DNA of 64,000 nucleotides. Source: Nitrospirales bacterium (GTDB lineage Bacteria > Nitrospirota > Nitrospiria > Nitrospirales > UBA8639). Location: the NCBI GenBank assembly GCA_963422365.1, contig OY729426.1, positions 2,304,001 through 2,368,000 on the forward strand, read 5' to 3'. A model generated the notes under the pieces. The model was not told the origin of the DNA, did no database searches, and saw only the letters and a program-made list of their open reading frames with translations. Positions 61,771-64,000 of the stretch are shown here, one piece after another. The position numbers and the translations under genes were made by a program. Within the stretch, counting starts at the first letter, position 1; each line of letters starts with the position of its first letter.

Positions 61771-63441
61771 ATGGCTTTGGATCTCAAACACAAAAGTCGT
61801 GAGTTGACGGAGGGACCTGAACGGGCGCCGGCCCGGGCCATGTTACGGGCCGTGGGGCTTCGGGATGAGGATTTTGCTAAACCGCTCGTTGCGGTAGCGA
61901 ATACTTGGTCTGAGGTCACCCCATGCAATGTTCACCTACGTGATATTGCTGAAAAGGTTAAATTGGGGATCCACGAGGCAGGGGGGGTACCTCTTGAGTT
62001 CAATAGCATCGTCGTGTCGGATGGCATCAGCATGGGCACCGAGGGCATGAAGACCTCGCTGATCAGCCGTGAAGTCGTGGCCGATTCTATTGAACTGGTG
62101 GTCCGCGGTCATTTGTTTGACGCCGTGGTGGCCCTCTCCGGGTGTGATAAAACCATTCCCGGTACGGTCATGGCTCTGGCCCGACTCAATCTTCCCTCTC
62201 TGATGCTGTACGGGGGATCCATTATGCCTGGCCAATTCCAAGGCAGAAACGTCTCGATTCAAGAAGTGTTCGAGGCGGTGGGGGCTCATGCTCGCGGCAC
62301 CATGTCGGATGCCGAACTGCATGATCTCGAAAGTGATGCTTGCCCGGGAGCAGGGGCCTGTGGCGGGCAATTTACCGCCAATACCATGTCGATTGCGTTT
62401 GAGTTCTTGGGTATTTCGCCGATGGGGTTTAATGGCGTTCCCGCTCTGGACCCTCAAAAAGCATCCATCGCAGCCCAATGCGGGCATCTTATTATGGATC
62501 TGCTGAAACGTGACCTTTGCCCCAAAGACATTATCACACGAGATGCCTTGGAAAATGCGATTGCCGCGGTGGCTTCAACCGGTGGCTCGACGAATGCCGT
62601 GCTCCACCTTTTAGCCGTCGCCCATGAAATTGACGTTGAATTAAACATTGACGATTTCGATGCCATCAACCAACGGACTCCTCTGATCGCTGATTTGAAG
62701 CCAAGCGGCCGATACATGGCTGCGGACTTATATCAAGCCGGGGGCACCCGTCTCGTGGCCAAACGCTTGCTTGAGGCAGGCTTACTCAAGAGCGAGTGTA
62801 TGACCGTCACGGGACGAACCCTCAAGGAAGAAGCCAGCACCGCGTCGGAAACACCAGGCCAAAAAGTCCTCTCTCACGCGGAAGAGCCGATCAAGGCCAC
62901 GGGTGGTTTAGTCATTTTGCATGGGAACTTGGCTCCTGAAGGGTGTGTGGTCAAAGTTGCAGGACAGAACAAGCTGACCCATACCGGTCCAGCCAAAGTG
63001 TTTGATTGCGAAGAAGAGGCCTTCTCTGCGGTGCAGAATGGAAAAATCGTAGATGGCGATATCGTCGTGATTCGTTATGAAGGGCCTCAAGGGGGGCCTG
63101 GCATGCGAGAAATGCTGGGTGTGACCAGTGCCATTGTCGGCGCCGGCCTTGGCGAAACCGTGGCCCTGCTGACGGATGGCCGGTTTTCCGGCGCAACGCA
63201 TGGATTGATGGCCGGACATGTGACTCCGGAAGCCAACAAAGGTGGACCCATTGCAGTGGTTCAAAATGGAGACACGGTTACATTTGATGTCCCTAATCGG
63301 CGGCTCGATCTGATTCTTTCCACCGACGAAATAGATGCTCGGTTACAGCAATGGACCGTCCCGCGTCCGAAGTACACGAGAGGGGTCCTCGCAAAGTACG
63401 CTCATACTGTCTCATCGGCGTCCAAAGGTGCGGTCACCTGA
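61771..63441 (+). CDS. ilvD: Dihydroxy-acid dehydratase
   Basis: [57 protein letters not shown]. Confidence 0.97.
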   Translation: MALDLKHKSRELTEGPERAPARAMLRAVGLRDEDFAKPLVAVANTWSEVTPCNVHLRDIAEKVKLGIHEAGGVPLEFNSIVVSDGISMGTEGMKTSLISREVVADSIELVVRGHLFDAVVALSGCDKTIPGTVMALARLNLPSLMLYGGSIMPGQFQGRNVSIQEVFEAVGAHARGTMSDAELHDLESDACPGAGACGGQFTANTMSIAFEFLGISPMGFNGVPALDPQKASIAAQCGHLIMDLLKRDLCPKDIITRDALENAIAAVASTGGSTNAVLHLLAVAHEIDVELNIDDFDAINQRTPLIADLKPSGRYMAADLYQAGGTRLVAKRLLEAGLLKSECMTVTGRTLKEEASTASETPGQKVLSHAEEPIKATGGLVILHGNLAPEGCVVKVAGQNKLTHTGPAKVFDCEEEAFSAVQNGKIVDGDIVVIRYEGPQGGPGMREMLGVTSAIVGAGLGETVALLTDGRFSGATHGLMAGHVTPEANKGGPIAVVQNGDTVTFDVPNRRLDLILSTDEIDARLQQWTVPRPKYTRGVLAKYAHTVSSASKGAVT

Positions 63442-63502
63442 CAGCCTCTTTCCGTGATGACGGAACCTTCCTAGTTATCAAAACCATCTTGAACAACAGA
63501 AG

Positions 63503-63539
63503 AAAAAAGGCGAGAAGGTCAACAATCCTTCTCGCCTTT
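63503..63539 (-). terminator. Rho-independent terminator between convergent genes
   Basis: AAAGGCGAGAAGG (63506-63518) pairs with CCTTCTCGCCTTT (63527-63539). The A-run on the plus strand gives a U-tail on the minus strand. Confidence 0.8.
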
Positions 63540-63568
63540 ACACAGGTCTGCATCAAACAATGGTTTCG

Positions 63569-64000
63569 TTACCCTGTAGTTTTCTTAAAATCCTGTAATC
63601 TAATATTTTCTTTATAGCGAATGATTTGGACGGGCTTAAAGGCGCGATCTTTTTTCCCTAATGCAGCCCGTTGTTGGACTTCTTTCACAAAAGCCTCAGG
63701 CCCATGAAGAGGAGCATAGGTCATGGTGACAATTACGTCCATCGACGGGGCATTCTGTGGAGTCGGGAAGGTAAACGTTTCAATCCGTTTTTCTTCAGGT
63801 TTGAGTACATTGTCTTTCAATACTGTGACGGCTTCAAAGTCAAAATTTGTGGCTTTTCCATTTTTTGTGCCAAAGACCCGTTCATAGTAGCGTTTTTCAA
63901 TATAGGCTTTTCGTAAATTTTTTCCCAGGATCGTTAAATCGAGTTCCACACGTGACCACCCTGGATGGGGCAAAGGAAGATTATGGGGAACCAGACTCTG
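63569..64000 (-). CDS. C-terminal part of a larger protein entering from the right edge (possibly a multiheme cytochrome c C-terminal domain)
   Basis: The frame is open to the window edge: QSLVPHNLPLPHPGWSRVELDL...DNVLKPEEKRIETFTF. No CxxCH within the window, so the product call is tentative. Confidence 0.55.
   Translation of the reverse strand, partial: QSLVPHNLPLPHPGWSRVELDLTILGKNLRKAYIEKRYYERVFGTKNGKATNFDFEAVTVLKDNVLKPEEKRIETFTFPTPQNAPSMDVIVTMTYAPLHGPEAFVKEVQQRAALGKKDRAFKPVQIIRYKENIRLQDFKKTTG

Noticed and set aside
1..64000. CRISPR array, rRNA, transposase, integrase or prophage genes
   Set aside because: No regularly spaced repeats or diagnostic protein motifs were seen by eye.

Overview
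Bacterial chromosome window of about 50-55% GC. Gene order and protein style suggest Nitrospirota, possibly a marine host-associated lineage (inference). The intact housekeeping backbone comprises a tetrapyrrole operon (ccsA/hemX-hemA-hemC-cobA/hemD-CBS-hemB-ribF), rsmI, tRNA-Leu(CAA), yggX-like and yqgE/algH-like genes, a PEP mutase-nucleotidyltransferase fusion (phosphonate biosynthesis) with an aldo-keto reductase, a hopanoid/lipid transport module (HpnM/MlaC, VacJ/MlaA, HpnN), CopA, Slp, glutathione peroxidase, aguB/aguA, yihY, pal, amgK/murU-like genes, gnd-zwf, pgi-tkt and ilvD. Four foreign-looking inserts interrupt it: (1) ~11.3-17.2 kb, high GC, with an intact single-chain R-M enzyme, a decayed pentapeptide gene and a relic second copy of the R-M C-terminus; (2) ~32.6-34.8 kb, with a decayed membrane protein; (3) 39.35-40.1 kb, an AT-rich methyltransferase inside aguBA; (4) 41.0-45.35 kb, a decayed two-gene R-M system preceded by an integron-type gene cassette whose attC site has canonical geometry, with no integrase in the window. 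About ten accessory genes carry nonsense, frameshift, start-loss or stop-loss lesions, many of them G:C>A:T, while core genes are intact, which points to ongoing genome erosion. No CRISPR array, rRNA, transposase or integrase was seen. All family assignments come from motif recognition by eye; no database searches were run.
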